Source: Acidobacteriota bacterium (lineage in GTDB: Bacteria; Acidobacteriota; UBA6911; JACQSX01). Taken from it: a stretch of DNA of 64,000 bases. The translations under genes and the position numbers were made by a program. The notes beneath the pieces were generated by a model. That model was given only the letters and a program-made list of their open reading frames with translations. It ran no database searches and was not told the origin of the DNA. The stretch is taken from NCBI GenBank assembly GCA_036507075.1, contig DASXQR010000083.1:72233-136232 (forward strand), read 5' to 3'. Shown piece by piece: positions 39,725-48,956 of the stretch (within the stretch, counting starts at the first letter, position 1; each line of letters opens with the position of its first letter).

Positions 39725-40123
39725 TTGCAAGATTTCGTTCGTGGGGTACTTGTGAAGCGCGCTTACACCATTGTCTCCTGGGTTGCGGTCGTCGTTTGGA
39801 TGGGGGCGCTCTTCATCTCATCTTCCCATCCGGTGCCTGAGAAGGTCGGGCTCATTCCGGACAAGGTTCTGCACTTTGCGGCTTACTTTGCCCTCGGTCT
39901 CTTATACGTAAATGCCCTCACCAACGGTTTCGCAAAACCAATGCGTTGGCGTGAGGCACTGCTGGCCATTGGCCTTTCCACAATCTTTGGGGTTTTTGAC
40001 GAGTGGCACCAGAGTTATGTTCCCACACGATCCATGTCTTTTCTGGATGTCGTGTTCGATTTTCTGGGATCTTCATCCGCGGCAGCCTGTTTGCTCTGCT
40101 TTAGAAGAATTCGAAACGGGTAG
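39725..40123 (+). CDS. VanZ-like family membrane protein
   Basis: FDEWHQSYVPTRSMSFLDVVFDFLG. Confidence 0.7.
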   Translation: MQDFVRGVLVKRAYTIVSWVAVVVWMGALFISSSHPVPEKVGLIPDKVLHFAAYFALGLLYVNALTNGFAKPMRWREALLAIGLSTIFGVFDEWHQSYVPTRSMSFLDVVFDFLGSSSAAACLLCFRRIRNG

Positions 40124-40167
40124 ACCGAAAGCGCGCGACCGTAAGCCCGGACTATTCATAAATCTTC

Positions 40168-40331
40168 ACCGCCAAGAACGCCAAGAGCGCTAAGAAAAGC
40201 GGCAAGGACGGGGGCTGAAAACTTGAAGCATGAAGACTACCGAGATGAAAAGAAAAGGTTAATGACCTTCATGCTTCAAGTTTTCAGCCCCCGTCCTTGC
40301 CGCTCTCTTGGCCTTCTTGGCGGTCTTCGCG
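40168..40331. repeat. 164-bp near-perfect hairpin element (arms about 65 bp; aagaacgccaag / gcgctaagaa word family)
   Basis: ccgccaagaacgccaagagcgctaagaaaagcggcaaggacgggggctgaaaacttgaagcatgaag pairs with its reverse complement across a 35-nt loop. It shares words with 47524..47590. Confidence 0.65.
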
Positions 40332-40385
40332 TTAAGTCTTTTATGAATAATCCGGGCTTACGGTCGCGGTGCGGCGGCGGCTGGA

Positions 40386-40778
40386 TCAGAAATTTGCTGC
40401 CTGCGCCTGTTGCTGCTGCTCCTCCTGCTGCTGCTCAAAGACTTCCTGGCAGGCGGTACACCGAGGCGCCCATGGAACTGCCTCCAGCCGCTTTGCGGGA
40501 ATCTCCTCGCCGCAATCTTCGCACTTGCCGTATGTTCCATCATCGATACGGCGCAGGGCCGCTTCGATGGCAACGAACTGCGCTCTTTCCACGTCGCTCA
40601 ATTTATAGAGGAACTCCTTGGTGTAACTGCTCAGAGCCATGTCTCCGCTGTCGGCGGTTTCCGACCACAAGTTCTCATCACGACCCTGATCGGTCACTCT
40701 TTGCATCTTAGCCACGATTGCCCGACGAATGCCTGTCAGATGGTGCCGGTGTTTTTCAAATTCGTTTTTCTTCTTCAT
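40386..40778 (-). CDS. DksA/TraR-family C4 zinc-finger protein with C-terminal poly-Gln tail
   Basis: CEDCGEEIPAKRL...CTACQ zinc finger, with a C-terminus of EQQQEEQQQQAQAANF. Confidence 0.7.
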   Translation of the reverse strand: MKKKNEFEKHRHHLTGIRRAIVAKMQRVTDQGRDENLWSETADSGDMALSSYTKEFLYKLSDVERAQFVAIEAALRRIDDGTYGKCEDCGEEIPAKRLEAVPWAPRCTACQEVFEQQQEEQQQQAQAANF

Positions 40779-41041
40779 CACTTCCATCCTTCTCTCGCTC
40801 CTGCTTTTCCAAGTTGTCGTACCCAAGAAGCACTTTATGTGCCACTTCGACGAAAGCACCTTCATAGGCTTGAGATTCCCGTCGGAGAGATAAGTTTTGA
40901 ATATTTTTTTCCGAGAATTCGAAAGACTGGCTGTTCTGTAAATTTTTCCGTTCCAGCGGCAAAATCCGGCCCATTTAAGAAATTTTTGAAAATGTCATTT
41001 CTCGGCTCGCGGAGTATTAAAATAAGAGGAATGGAGTACGA

Positions 41042-41833
41042 ATGACACGCAGTTCCAGCCTCCTGACGTTCGCCGCCTTTTTCCTGCTGGCAAATGCCGG
41101 CTGTGGCAACCGTATTTCAAAGGTTACGCGGGTTACCGTAGCGCCGGACCAGTTAACCAGGGCCAGCGCAATTATTCGGGAGGCTGACGGCCTGATGGCG
41201 CGGGGAGAAACCTATGCAGCGCTGATCAAGTATCTTGACGCCGCCAAGCTCAATCCTAACAGCGAAATCGTGTTCAACAAGATCGCCATTTCCTACACAA
41301 AGTTGAACTATTACGACCGCGCCACAGAGGCGGCCATACGGAGCCTGGGCTTGAACCCGAAATATCCGTTCGGCTATAACACGCTGGGAACAATCCAGTT
41401 GGTGCAGCACAAAGCCGGCGCGGCGATAAGGAATTTCCGACGCGCTATAGGGCTGAACGGCAAAGTCGCGTTTTTTTACCTCAATCTGGGAAATGCCTAC
41501 CTGGAGCAAAAGAACAGCGACAAGGCAATGAAGGCCTTCCATGAGGCCTTGACCATTGATCCCGACGTCATGAACCGGCAGGCAGGTGTCGGGGTACAGG
41601 CTGCGTCGGCGCAATTCAACGACGCCAGGCGAAACTATTTTATGGCGCGCGTGTTTGCCGAAAGGGGCCAGGACCTGCTGGCGCTGGAGCTTCTGAAAAG
41701 AGCTTTGTCCGGCGGTTTTACCGACGTCGAGCGGATCATGAAAGATAAGGAATTCAACCGGCTCCGCGGAACCAAGGAATTCAAGGATTTGCTCGAAGAG
41801 TACGGCCTGGCCGCCAAAACCGCCAAAAGTTGA
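41042..41833 (+). CDS. TPR-repeat lipoprotein
   Basis: Lipoprotein signal ...LANAGCG followed by multiple TPR-like repeats. Confidence 0.65.
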   Translation: MTRSSSLLTFAAFFLLANAGCGNRISKVTRVTVAPDQLTRASAIIREADGLMARGETYAALIKYLDAAKLNPNSEIVFNKIAISYTKLNYYDRATEAAIRSLGLNPKYPFGYNTLGTIQLVQHKAGAAIRNFRRAIGLNGKVAFFYLNLGNAYLEQKNSDKAMKAFHEALTIDPDVMNRQAGVGVQAASAQFNDARRNYFMARVFAERGQDLLALELLKRALSGGFTDVERIMKDKEFNRLRGTKEFKDLLEEYGLAAKTAKS

Positions 41834-41879
41834 GCGCGAATTTGACGAAGTTATTTAGAAAATTCGTGGCCGACCCCCT

Positions 41880-42731
41880 ATGCAGCTATTAAAAGCGACC
41901 CTGGATCAATACGCGAGAAGTTTTCCCTATCAGCTCAGGCTGACGAGCGATCCCGTTCAGTATGTTTACCGCTATTCTGACGATCGCGATCGCGAGGTGG
42001 CGGCGCTCTTTTCGGCCGCCTTTGCGTATGGAAATGTGGTTCAGATCCTGAAAAGTCTGAAAGTACTCTTCCGTTTGATGGGCAAAAGTCCTTACCGGTT
42101 TGTGATGAGTTTTTCGGGGCCGGATCGAAAACCGCTGCGGAGCTTTTATCACCGGTTCAACACCGGGACAGACGTGGCGGCTCTGTGCCTGGCGCTGCAG
42201 CGGACTTTTAATGAATTCGGCAGCCTGCAGAATCTGTTCCTTTGCGGACATCAATCAAATGCAAGAACCATCGAGGATGGACTTTCCCGTTTTGTGGCAA
42301 ATCTGTTGGCGCGGGTCCCGCCTGAGATTTACGGGCGGGTCGAGCTGCCGCATGACGCGGGCGTACGTTTTCTGCTGTCTTCACCTGAATCTGGAAGCGC
42401 CTGCAAACGCATGAATCTGTTCCTGCGCTGGATGGTGCGCCCAGCGCCGGTCGATTTCCGGCTGTGGAAGCGCGTGCGCCCCGACCAACTGGTGCTCCCG
42501 GTTGACACTCACATAGCCCGAATTGGGCGTTACATCGGGCTCACTCCACGAAAAAATATCGGCTGGAAGATGGCCCTGGAAATGACGGAGGCATTGCGGG
42601 CGCTCGATCCCGTTGATCCGATCCGTTATGACTTCGCGCTCTGTCACCTGGGAATTATGCGCGGTTGTCCGGCCCGTTTCGATAAGCGCAAGTGTCAGGA
42701 ATGCCCGATCCGGGATATCTGCACGCTGTGA
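41880..42731 (+). CDS. conserved hypothetical protein (TIGR02757/DUF2400-like), C-terminal Cys cluster
   Basis: Tentative family call from memory only. CPARFDKRKCQECPIRDIC at the C-terminus. Confidence 0.3.
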   Translation: MQLLKATLDQYARSFPYQLRLTSDPVQYVYRYSDDRDREVAALFSAAFAYGNVVQILKSLKVLFRLMGKSPYRFVMSFSGPDRKPLRSFYHRFNTGTDVAALCLALQRTFNEFGSLQNLFLCGHQSNARTIEDGLSRFVANLLARVPPEIYGRVELPHDAGVRFLLSSPESGSACKRMNLFLRWMVRPAPVDFRLWKRVRPDQLVLPVDTHIARIGRYIGLTPRKNIGWKMALEMTEALRALDPVDPIRYDFALCHLGIMRGCPARFDKRKCQECPIRDICTL

Positions 42732-42816
42732 CGGCCAGTCCGTTCTTGGCGGTGAAGATTCTCGAATGATCCGGACTGGCCGCCCCTACAGGTGCCTGAT
42801 CCTTTACAATGGTTCG

Positions 42817-43491
42817 ATGCTGCGTCTGACATTGGCGGTCTTACTGCTTTCGGGAACGTTGGCGTCAGGACAGGATCCCGAGGACAGATCGCGGCAGAAG
42901 GCGCCCAAAATCGCTCCCGAAGACTTCAAGGAATATATGGATCTTGTTCGGACGCGGGCGCAGAATCTGCCGGAATCCCGCGATTTGGAAGCCGCCACAC
43001 GCAATAGTTTCGAACGGATTTATCTGCACCAACTGCGTTCCAACTTTCAGAGCAAACCGTCGCCCCGGCGCGTGATGGAAAAGATTAAGGGGATCTTTCG
43101 CGAGTTTGACGCCGCGCAGCGAACGCTCAGAACTCTGCGCGGGAACGTGCCTGCTGCTTCCAGTCGTGAAATGAACAAGATCATGGACCGGCTCGATCAT
43201 TCCGCTCGGACCATTCAGGGGGACTTCGAGGAATACTTTACCGAACTCAATCGAGGCTCTTTGAACATAGAAATTCCGCAACTGGGAGAGGACGCGCAGC
43301 AGTGGAGATTCTATCTGGTGCGGGTAGATCAGTGCTTCAGCATTCTCAACGAGCAGCTCCAGCAGTATTTTTTCCGCCCGGAACCCGGCCGGGTGGCGGT
43401 TCAGGACTATCGAAATCCCGGAGTTGCCACAATCACCAAAGCCATCCGCCAACTAACAAGGATTTACCGCGAAAGACTAAAAGTGCGGTGA
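42817..43491 (+). CDS. hypothetical secreted protein
   Basis: Signal peptide MLRLTLAVLLLSGTLASGQ. The stop overlaps the next start (TGATG). Confidence 0.4.
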   Translation: MLRLTLAVLLLSGTLASGQDPEDRSRQKAPKIAPEDFKEYMDLVRTRAQNLPESRDLEAATRNSFERIYLHQLRSNFQSKPSPRRVMEKIKGIFREFDAAQRTLRTLRGNVPAASSREMNKIMDRLDHSARTIQGDFEEYFTELNRGSLNIEIPQLGEDAQQWRFYLVRVDQCFSILNEQLQQYFFRPEPGRVAVQDYRNPGVATITKAIRQLTRIYRERLKVR

Positions 43492-44360
43492 TGATTTATT
43501 TCGGCACTGCAGGATGGGTTTACCGCGACTGGGAAGGCAAATTCTATCCTCAAAAAAAGCCCCGGGGATTCGATCCTCTGCTTTATCTCTCAAAATACTT
43601 TGACACGGTGGAGATCAACAGTTCGTTTTATTATCCGCCCCAGCCCGAAGCAGTGGCAAAGTGGGTTCAGCGCGTGCAGGAGAACAAGAAATTTCGATTC
43701 ACCGCAAAATTGTGGAAGAAATTTACGCACGAAAGAAGCTTCACCGAGGCCGACCTGGACGAATTCAAGCGGGCGATCGATCCGTTGCTCTCCGCCGGGA
43801 AGCTGGGAGCCATGCTGCTGCAGTTCCCCTGGTCCTTTAAGAACGAGGATCAGAGCCGGGACTACCTTGTGCGGCTCATCGAAAACTTTCCTGATTATCC
43901 GCTGGTACTGGAAGTGCGTCACGAATCCTGGAATCTGGAGGCCACCTTCGACCTGCTGCGGCAAATGGGCGTCGGTTTCTGCAACATTGACCAGCCTCGC
44001 ATCGGCAGATCTCTGCGCCCTACGGCTGCCGTAACCTCGGGGATCGGGTACTACCGGCTGCACGGGCGAAATTACAAGGACTGGTTTCGAAGCGACGCAG
44101 ACGTGAACGAACGGTACGACTATCTTTATTCCAGCGAGGAATTGCAGGAGGCCGAGGAATTGACCGCCGCGATCTCCGAGCGCGCCAGAGACACCTATGT
44201 CATTTTAAACAACCATCGCAATGCGCAGGCGCCTGGCAATGCGCTCGAGTTAAAGAGTCGTGTTGCGGGTCGAAAAGTGATCGGGCCGGAGACGCTGCTC
44301 CAGACGTTCCCCAACCTGAAAGATTTTGCCGAGCCGGAGCAGGCGGGATTGTTTGGCTGA
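43491..44360 (+). CDS. DUF72 (UPF0759) family protein
   Basis: MIYFGTAGWVYRDWEGKFYP is the characteristic DUF72 N-terminus. Confidence 0.8.
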   Translation: MIYFGTAGWVYRDWEGKFYPQKKPRGFDPLLYLSKYFDTVEINSSFYYPPQPEAVAKWVQRVQENKKFRFTAKLWKKFTHERSFTEADLDEFKRAIDPLLSAGKLGAMLLQFPWSFKNEDQSRDYLVRLIENFPDYPLVLEVRHESWNLEATFDLLRQMGVGFCNIDQPRIGRSLRPTAAVTSGIGYYRLHGRNYKDWFRSDADVNERYDYLYSSEELQEAEELTAAISERARDTYVILNNHRNAQAPGNALELKSRVAGRKVIGPETLLQTFPNLKDFAEPEQAGLFG

Positions 44361-44421
44361 TGCTTAGGGCTAAAAGACTGCTTCCCTTTGTGCCTTGGTG
44401 CCTTTGTGGTAAAAAGCTCTT

Positions 44422-45207
44422 ATGGCGCACCTGGTCACTTTAATCACCGATTTTGGTCTGCGTGAATACTTTGTGGGCGCCATCAAAGGCGCCATGCTGT
44501 CGATCAACCCGGACCTGAGCATCGTTGACATCTCTCATCAGATCAATTCGCACGACATCCTGGAAGCCGCTTTTACGATTCGCTGCGCTTATTCCGCTTT
44601 TCCACCGCGTACCATTCACTTAGTGATCGTGGATCCAGGAGTCGGATCTCGGCGCAGGGCACTGATTGTGGCAACGGAAAACTACTACTTCATCGGGCCG
44701 GATAACGGGATTTTCTCGTTGATATACGAGGCTGAACCGGTTCAGCGCGTCGTCTCCATTACCTCTGAGCATTATTTTCGAAGACCGGTGAGCCGTACAT
44801 TTCACGGCCGGGACGTTTTCGGCCCGGTAGCGGCCTGGATGGCGCGAGGAATTGAAATCGGAAAGTTTGGCGAAGAGATTTCCGACTACACAAAACTGAC
44901 CCCGCCTAAACCGAAAAAAGGCGCCGATGGCAAAGTGCAGGGAATAATTCTGCACATCGACAAGTTCGGCAACCTGATTACCAATATCGACCAGACCGCG
45001 CTGGGGAAGTTGGGAACGCCTGCAAAGTTCACCGTCGCCGGAAAGGAAGTCGCTTCAATTGTCGGCAGCTACGCAGAGGGTCAACCGGGAGAACCCTTTG
45101 CGCTGGTGGGCAGCGCCGGCTTTTATGAGATTTCCATGCAGAAGAGTTCTGCCGCCAAAGCCCTCCAGGCCCAGCGGGGGGCGGAAGTCGTTGTCCAGTT
45201 GAGTTAG
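44422..45207 (+). CDS. SAM hydroxide adenosyltransferase (DUF62, fluorinase/chlorinase-like) family protein
   Basis: LVTLITDFGLREYFVGAIKGAM... is the typical family N-terminus. Confidence 0.75.
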   Translation: MAHLVTLITDFGLREYFVGAIKGAMLSINPDLSIVDISHQINSHDILEAAFTIRCAYSAFPPRTIHLVIVDPGVGSRRRALIVATENYYFIGPDNGIFSLIYEAEPVQRVVSITSEHYFRRPVSRTFHGRDVFGPVAAWMARGIEIGKFGEEISDYTKLTPPKPKKGADGKVQGIILHIDKFGNLITNIDQTALGKLGTPAKFTVAGKEVASIVGSYAEGQPGEPFALVGSAGFYEISMQKSSAAKALQAQRGAEVVVQLS

Positions 45208-45410
45208 AACTTCTGGCACCCATCAGTGGATTCCGTGAGCGTGGAGGTGGCCGTTAACGTCTATCGTTGACGTGCACGTGCTCGTGGCCGTCCTCGGCTT
45301 TTTCTTTGGTTGCAGCCTACGGCTGGGTTGTGGCTCAGCGGGGAACGCAAGGTGGCCGTCTTCACACCCCAGGCTTCATTCTTCACCCGGGGCTGTCTTA
45401 TACTGGTCTC

Positions 45411-46568
45411 ATGAATCCCGTTTACCTGGACAATTCTGCCTCCACGCCGGTTGATCCGCAGGTGGTGGAAGCCATGCTGCCGTATTTCACAGAGATTTAC
45501 GGCAACGCTTCTTCCATTCACACCTACGGTCAGCGGGCTCGGGCGGCAGCCGAGGAGGCGCGCGGGCAAATCGCCCGCCTGGTGGGCGCCGGCGCAAAGG
45601 AAGTAGTGTTTACCAGCGGTGGAACCGAGTCGGACAATACAGCGCTTCGCGGCGTTGCTTACCAGCAGCGCGACCGGGGTAATCACATCATCACCTCACA
45701 GATTGAGCACCCCGCTGTGCTCAGCACATGCAAGGCGCTGGAGTTGGAAGGCTTCGAGGTGACTTATCTACCCGTCGAGCCATCGGGACTTTTGGATCTG
45801 GATCGGCTGCGGGCTGCCATCACTCCCCGAACAACGCTGATTTCGATCATGCACGTCAACAATGAAATCGGCACCATCCAGCCGCTGGCAGAAATCTGCG
45901 ATCTGGCCCATGGCCAGAAGATTCTGGTGCATTCCGACTGCGTTCAATCGCTGGGGAAGATTCCCATTGACCTGGGCAGCCTTCCTCTGGACCTGGCTTC
46001 ATTTTCCGGGCACAAGCTCCATGGTCCCAAAGGAATCGGGGCTCTGTTTGTGCGTAAGAACGTGCGATTAAGGCCCTTCATGCTCGGAGGCAGTCATGAG
46101 CGAAAGCGGCGCGCTGGGACCGAGAACGTGCCTGGGATCGTCGGTTTCGGAAAGGCGGCGGAGCTTGCCGGCCGTCACCTGGACGAAATGGCAACTCGCG
46201 TAAGAGGGATGCGCGACCGGCTGGAAACCGCGCTGCTGCAGATAAGCGGGACGATCCGGAACGGCGACGAGAAGCAGCGGGTTCCAAACATCTCCAACTT
46301 AAGTTTTGAGCACACCGAAGGGGAAGGCCTCCTGATCTCGCTCGACCTGGAAGGAATTGCCGTATCAACTGGCGCTGCCTGCTCTTCGGGATCGCTCGAA
46401 CCCTCGCATGTCCTTGTAGCCCTCGGACGCGACAAGCGCGATGTTCACGGCTCGCTGCGCTTCAGCTTCAGCCGGATGAATACCGAAAATGATCTGCAGC
46501 GCGTGCTCGAGGTTCTTCCGACCATCGTGCAAAGGATGCGCTCGATGAGCCCCTCCTTTTCCGCATAA
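45411..46568 (+). CDS. iscS: cysteine desulfurase (IscS/NifS)
   Basis: MNPVYLDNSASTP..., a PLP-lysine region SGHKLHGPKG, and active-site Cys in GAACSSGS. Confidence 0.85.
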   Translation: MNPVYLDNSASTPVDPQVVEAMLPYFTEIYGNASSIHTYGQRARAAAEEARGQIARLVGAGAKEVVFTSGGTESDNTALRGVAYQQRDRGNHIITSQIEHPAVLSTCKALELEGFEVTYLPVEPSGLLDLDRLRAAITPRTTLISIMHVNNEIGTIQPLAEICDLAHGQKILVHSDCVQSLGKIPIDLGSLPLDLASFSGHKLHGPKGIGALFVRKNVRLRPFMLGGSHERKRRAGTENVPGIVGFGKAAELAGRHLDEMATRVRGMRDRLETALLQISGTIRNGDEKQRVPNISNLSFEHTEGEGLLISLDLEGIAVSTGAACSSGSLEPSHVLVALGRDKRDVHGSLRFSFSRMNTENDLQRVLEVLPTIVQRMRSMSPSFSA

Positions 46569-46948
46569 TGGAAAATTCCGCTTACTCTCCCGGGTTGCTG
46601 GAACACTACCGCGCGCCGCGCAATGTAGGTGTGCTGCCGGATGCCGACGGAACAGCGACTCGGCAAAATCAAGTCTGCGGGGATGTCCTTCAGTTCTTCG
46701 TCCGGCTGTCGGGCGAGACGGTTGACGAAGTGCGCTTCAAGGCGGAAGGATGCATTCCAACCGTTGCTCTGGCTTCCTACACCACTGAATGGCTGCGGGG
46801 AAAAAAGAAAGGCGAGATCGAACGACTCGATCTCGCCCACTTTGAGGACGCGCTGGGAAGCCTGCCGCCGCACAAAATTCATGCCGCGGCGCTGGTTGTG
46901 GAAACTCTCCGCGCCGCGCTGTGCGACTGCGGAAGAAATCCCCACTAG
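46568..46948 (+). CDS. iscU: Fe-S cluster assembly scaffold (IscU/NifU N-terminal domain)
   Basis: LEHYRAPRNVG...CGD...GCI... cluster-ligand pattern. Confidence 0.85.
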   Translation: MENSAYSPGLLEHYRAPRNVGVLPDADGTATRQNQVCGDVLQFFVRLSGETVDEVRFKAEGCIPTVALASYTTEWLRGKKKGEIERLDLAHFEDALGSLPPHKIHAAALVVETLRAALCDCGRNPH

Positions 46949-46976
46949 AGTTTTTCGCAGCCGGGCACCAGCGCTC

Positions 46977-47429
46977 TTAGCTCACCGAAACCGGAATCTG
47001 GCGCGGTTTTGCCTTCTCCGATTTCGGCAGAATCACCGACAAAACGCCGTTTTTGAGGGTGGCCTTGATCTTGTCGGCTTCAACTGTCGGCGGAAGAGTA
47101 AACACCCTTTGGAACCGGCCATAAGCCCGCTCCACTCGATGATACTCGTCCCGGTCGGCCTTCTGTTCGAATTTGCGCTCGCCGCTGATCGTCAGATTGC
47201 CCCCCTCGACGCGAATGTCAATCTGGTCTTTCTCAAAACCGGGAACCTCAGCGATGAACTCAATCGCCTCGGGCGTTTCTCGGACATCAACGGGCGGCAC
47301 AAATGCCATTGGGCTTTCCGTCGTATCGTCCTGCCAGTTGCGATTGAAAGCCTGATCAAACCAGCGGTTTACCGATCCCAGGGTGAACAGGTCGCCATAA
47401 GGTGAAAAGTTAAATCTAGTCAGTTGCAT
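46977..47429 (-). CDS. Hsp20/alpha-crystallin family small heat-shock protein
   Basis: ACD domain with PPVDVRETPEAIEF...LPGFEKDQIDIRVEGGNLTISGER. Confidence 0.85.
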   Translation of the reverse strand: MQLTRFNFSPYGDLFTLGSVNRWFDQAFNRNWQDDTTESPMAFVPPVDVRETPEAIEFIAEVPGFEKDQIDIRVEGGNLTISGERKFEQKADRDEYHRVERAYGRFQRVFTLPPTVEADKIKATLKNGVLSVILPKSEKAKPRQIPVSVS

Positions 47430-47523
47430 AATTTTCCTCCTTTCCCGAAATATTTTCTTCTCGTACACCCAATTTCTAAGATCGGCGAGAGCTGCTGTCA
47501 AACCCTGGCCCCATTCAAAAAAA

Positions 47524-47590
47524 CCTAAAGCGCTAAGAACGCAAAGAACGCCAAGGCTATTCTTAGCGCTCTTTGCGTTCTTGGCGGTTA
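47524..47590. repeat. inverted-repeat element of the gcgctaagaa/aagaacgccaag word family, in the hsp20 upstream region
   Basis: aaagcgctaagaacgcaaagaacgccaagg...ttcttagcgctctttgcgttcttggcgg. Confidence 0.55.
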
Positions 47591-47929
47591 GGTCTTTGAA
47601 TGAGGCCAGGGGGCTGAAAAAGGAAGGGTGCCGGTAGAGGGTCCGATTACAAAAATCCAGAACCTTTCCCGACACCCTTAGGAGGTGAATGGGTTATTCA
47701 ATGTATTAGACGAAGAAACTCCCCTTCTGGTTCCACCCTTTTGAAAATTTATCTTTCCTTGAACTTTTTTTCGTGGAAAACGGCATTGGCCAGTTATGTG
47801 CTTGTATAGCCTGACGTCACAACAAACTAGGAAATGGTACGGGTTCCCGAAAGCTTGCCGGGTTTCGGGAAATCGTTGAGGTTAGGGCTTTTAAGCAGCG
47901 AAAACAACAGCAGAAAGAGGGGAAACCAC

Positions 47930-48175
47930 ATGTCAGAACGCTATGTCCTGTTGGCGCGAGTTGGGAAGAAATTGCAGCTGTTTTCTTTGATTACCAATGA
48001 GAAACCGACCTCCATCGTGCGCATCGGATACCGGATGCTCAAGGCCAAATGCGGGGAAATGCCCGTTAAGATCCTGATGGTTCTGGATCTGCCAACCTGG
48101 GTTTCCGATGTCTGTCACGCGGGACCGTCCGAAGCCAAAACGGCAGGCGCAAGCTTACTGACAGCTAACCTGTAA
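47930..48175 (+). CDS. small hypothetical protein (81 aa)
   Basis: Good RBS (GAGGGG, 8 nt upstream). MSERYVLLARVGKKLQLFSL... Confidence 0.4.
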   Translation: MSERYVLLARVGKKLQLFSLITNEKPTSIVRIGYRMLKAKCGEMPVKILMVLDLPTWVSDVCHAGPSEAKTAGASLLTANL

Positions 48176-48941
48176 TCCCGAGGATGTTGAATCCGCCATC
48201 GACGTAAATCACTTCGCCCGTGATTCCGCGCGACAAGTGGCTGCAGAGGAAAAGGGCTGTATCGGCTACTTCACTCACATCAGTGTTTTTGCGCAGCGGC
48301 GCATGCTCGCGATGGTATTGAAGAATAGTGGTGAAACCGGACACTCCTCTGGCCGCCAGGGTGGAGATGGGGCCCGCCGAAATTGCGTTCACTCGAATCC
48401 CGCGCGGGCCGAGATCGTGTGAAAGATATCGCACGCTGGACTCAAGCGCCGCCTTGGCAACACCCATGACGTTGTAATGGGGCACCACCCTTTCGCCTCC
48501 CAGATAGGTGAGCGTTACAATGCTTCCGCCTGCACTCATCAGCGGCGCGGCGCGGCGCGCAAGCGCCGTAAGAGAGTAGGCGCTGATTTCGTGCGCCAGC
48601 CTGAAACCATTCCTTGAAGTGTTGAGGAATTCGCCTTCCAGGTCCTCCCGCAACGCATACGCCACTGCATGCACCAGAAAATCGATTTTTCCGAAGCTCT
48701 TCTCCAGCAGGCCGAAAGACTGATCAATCTGTTCGTCCGCGGTCACATCGCAGGGGAACAGGATCGGATCCTGCAGTTCGGCGGCAAGCTCGCGCACATT
48801 TCCTTCCAGCCTCTCACCCTGATAATTGAGCGCCAGCCGTGCTCCCGCGCCCGCCAGGGCTTTGGCAATTCCCCACGCGATGCTGCGCTTGTTGGCCACG
48901 CCAAAAACGACGCCATGTTTTTCCCTTAACAAGTCATGCAT
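48165..48941 (-). CDS. fabI: enoyl-[acyl-carrier-protein] reductase FabI
   Basis: GVANKRSIAWGIAKA N-terminus and the Y-x6-K catalytic region. Confidence 0.85.
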   Translation of the reverse strand: MHDLLREKHGVVFGVANKRSIAWGIAKALAGAGARLALNYQGERLEGNVRELAAELQDPILFPCDVTADEQIDQSFGLLEKSFGKIDFLVHAVAYALREDLEGEFLNTSRNGFRLAHEISAYSLTALARRAAPLMSAGGSIVTLTYLGGERVVPHYNVMGVAKAALESSVRYLSHDLGPRGIRVNAISAGPISTLAARGVSGFTTILQYHREHAPLRKNTDVSEVADTALFLCSHLSRGITGEVIYVDGGFNILGITG

Positions 48942-48956
48942 TCAGAGTGCTCCGGC

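Noticed and set aside
45380-45410. TATACT -10-like hexamer 7 nt before iscS ATG (leaderless transcript?)
   Set aside because: A single hexamer without a -35 element is not enough to call.
47524-47590. CIRCE/HrcA element upstream of hsp20
   Set aside because: The inverted repeat does not match TTAGCACTC-N9-GAGTGCTAA. It belongs to the local gcgctaagaa word family instead.
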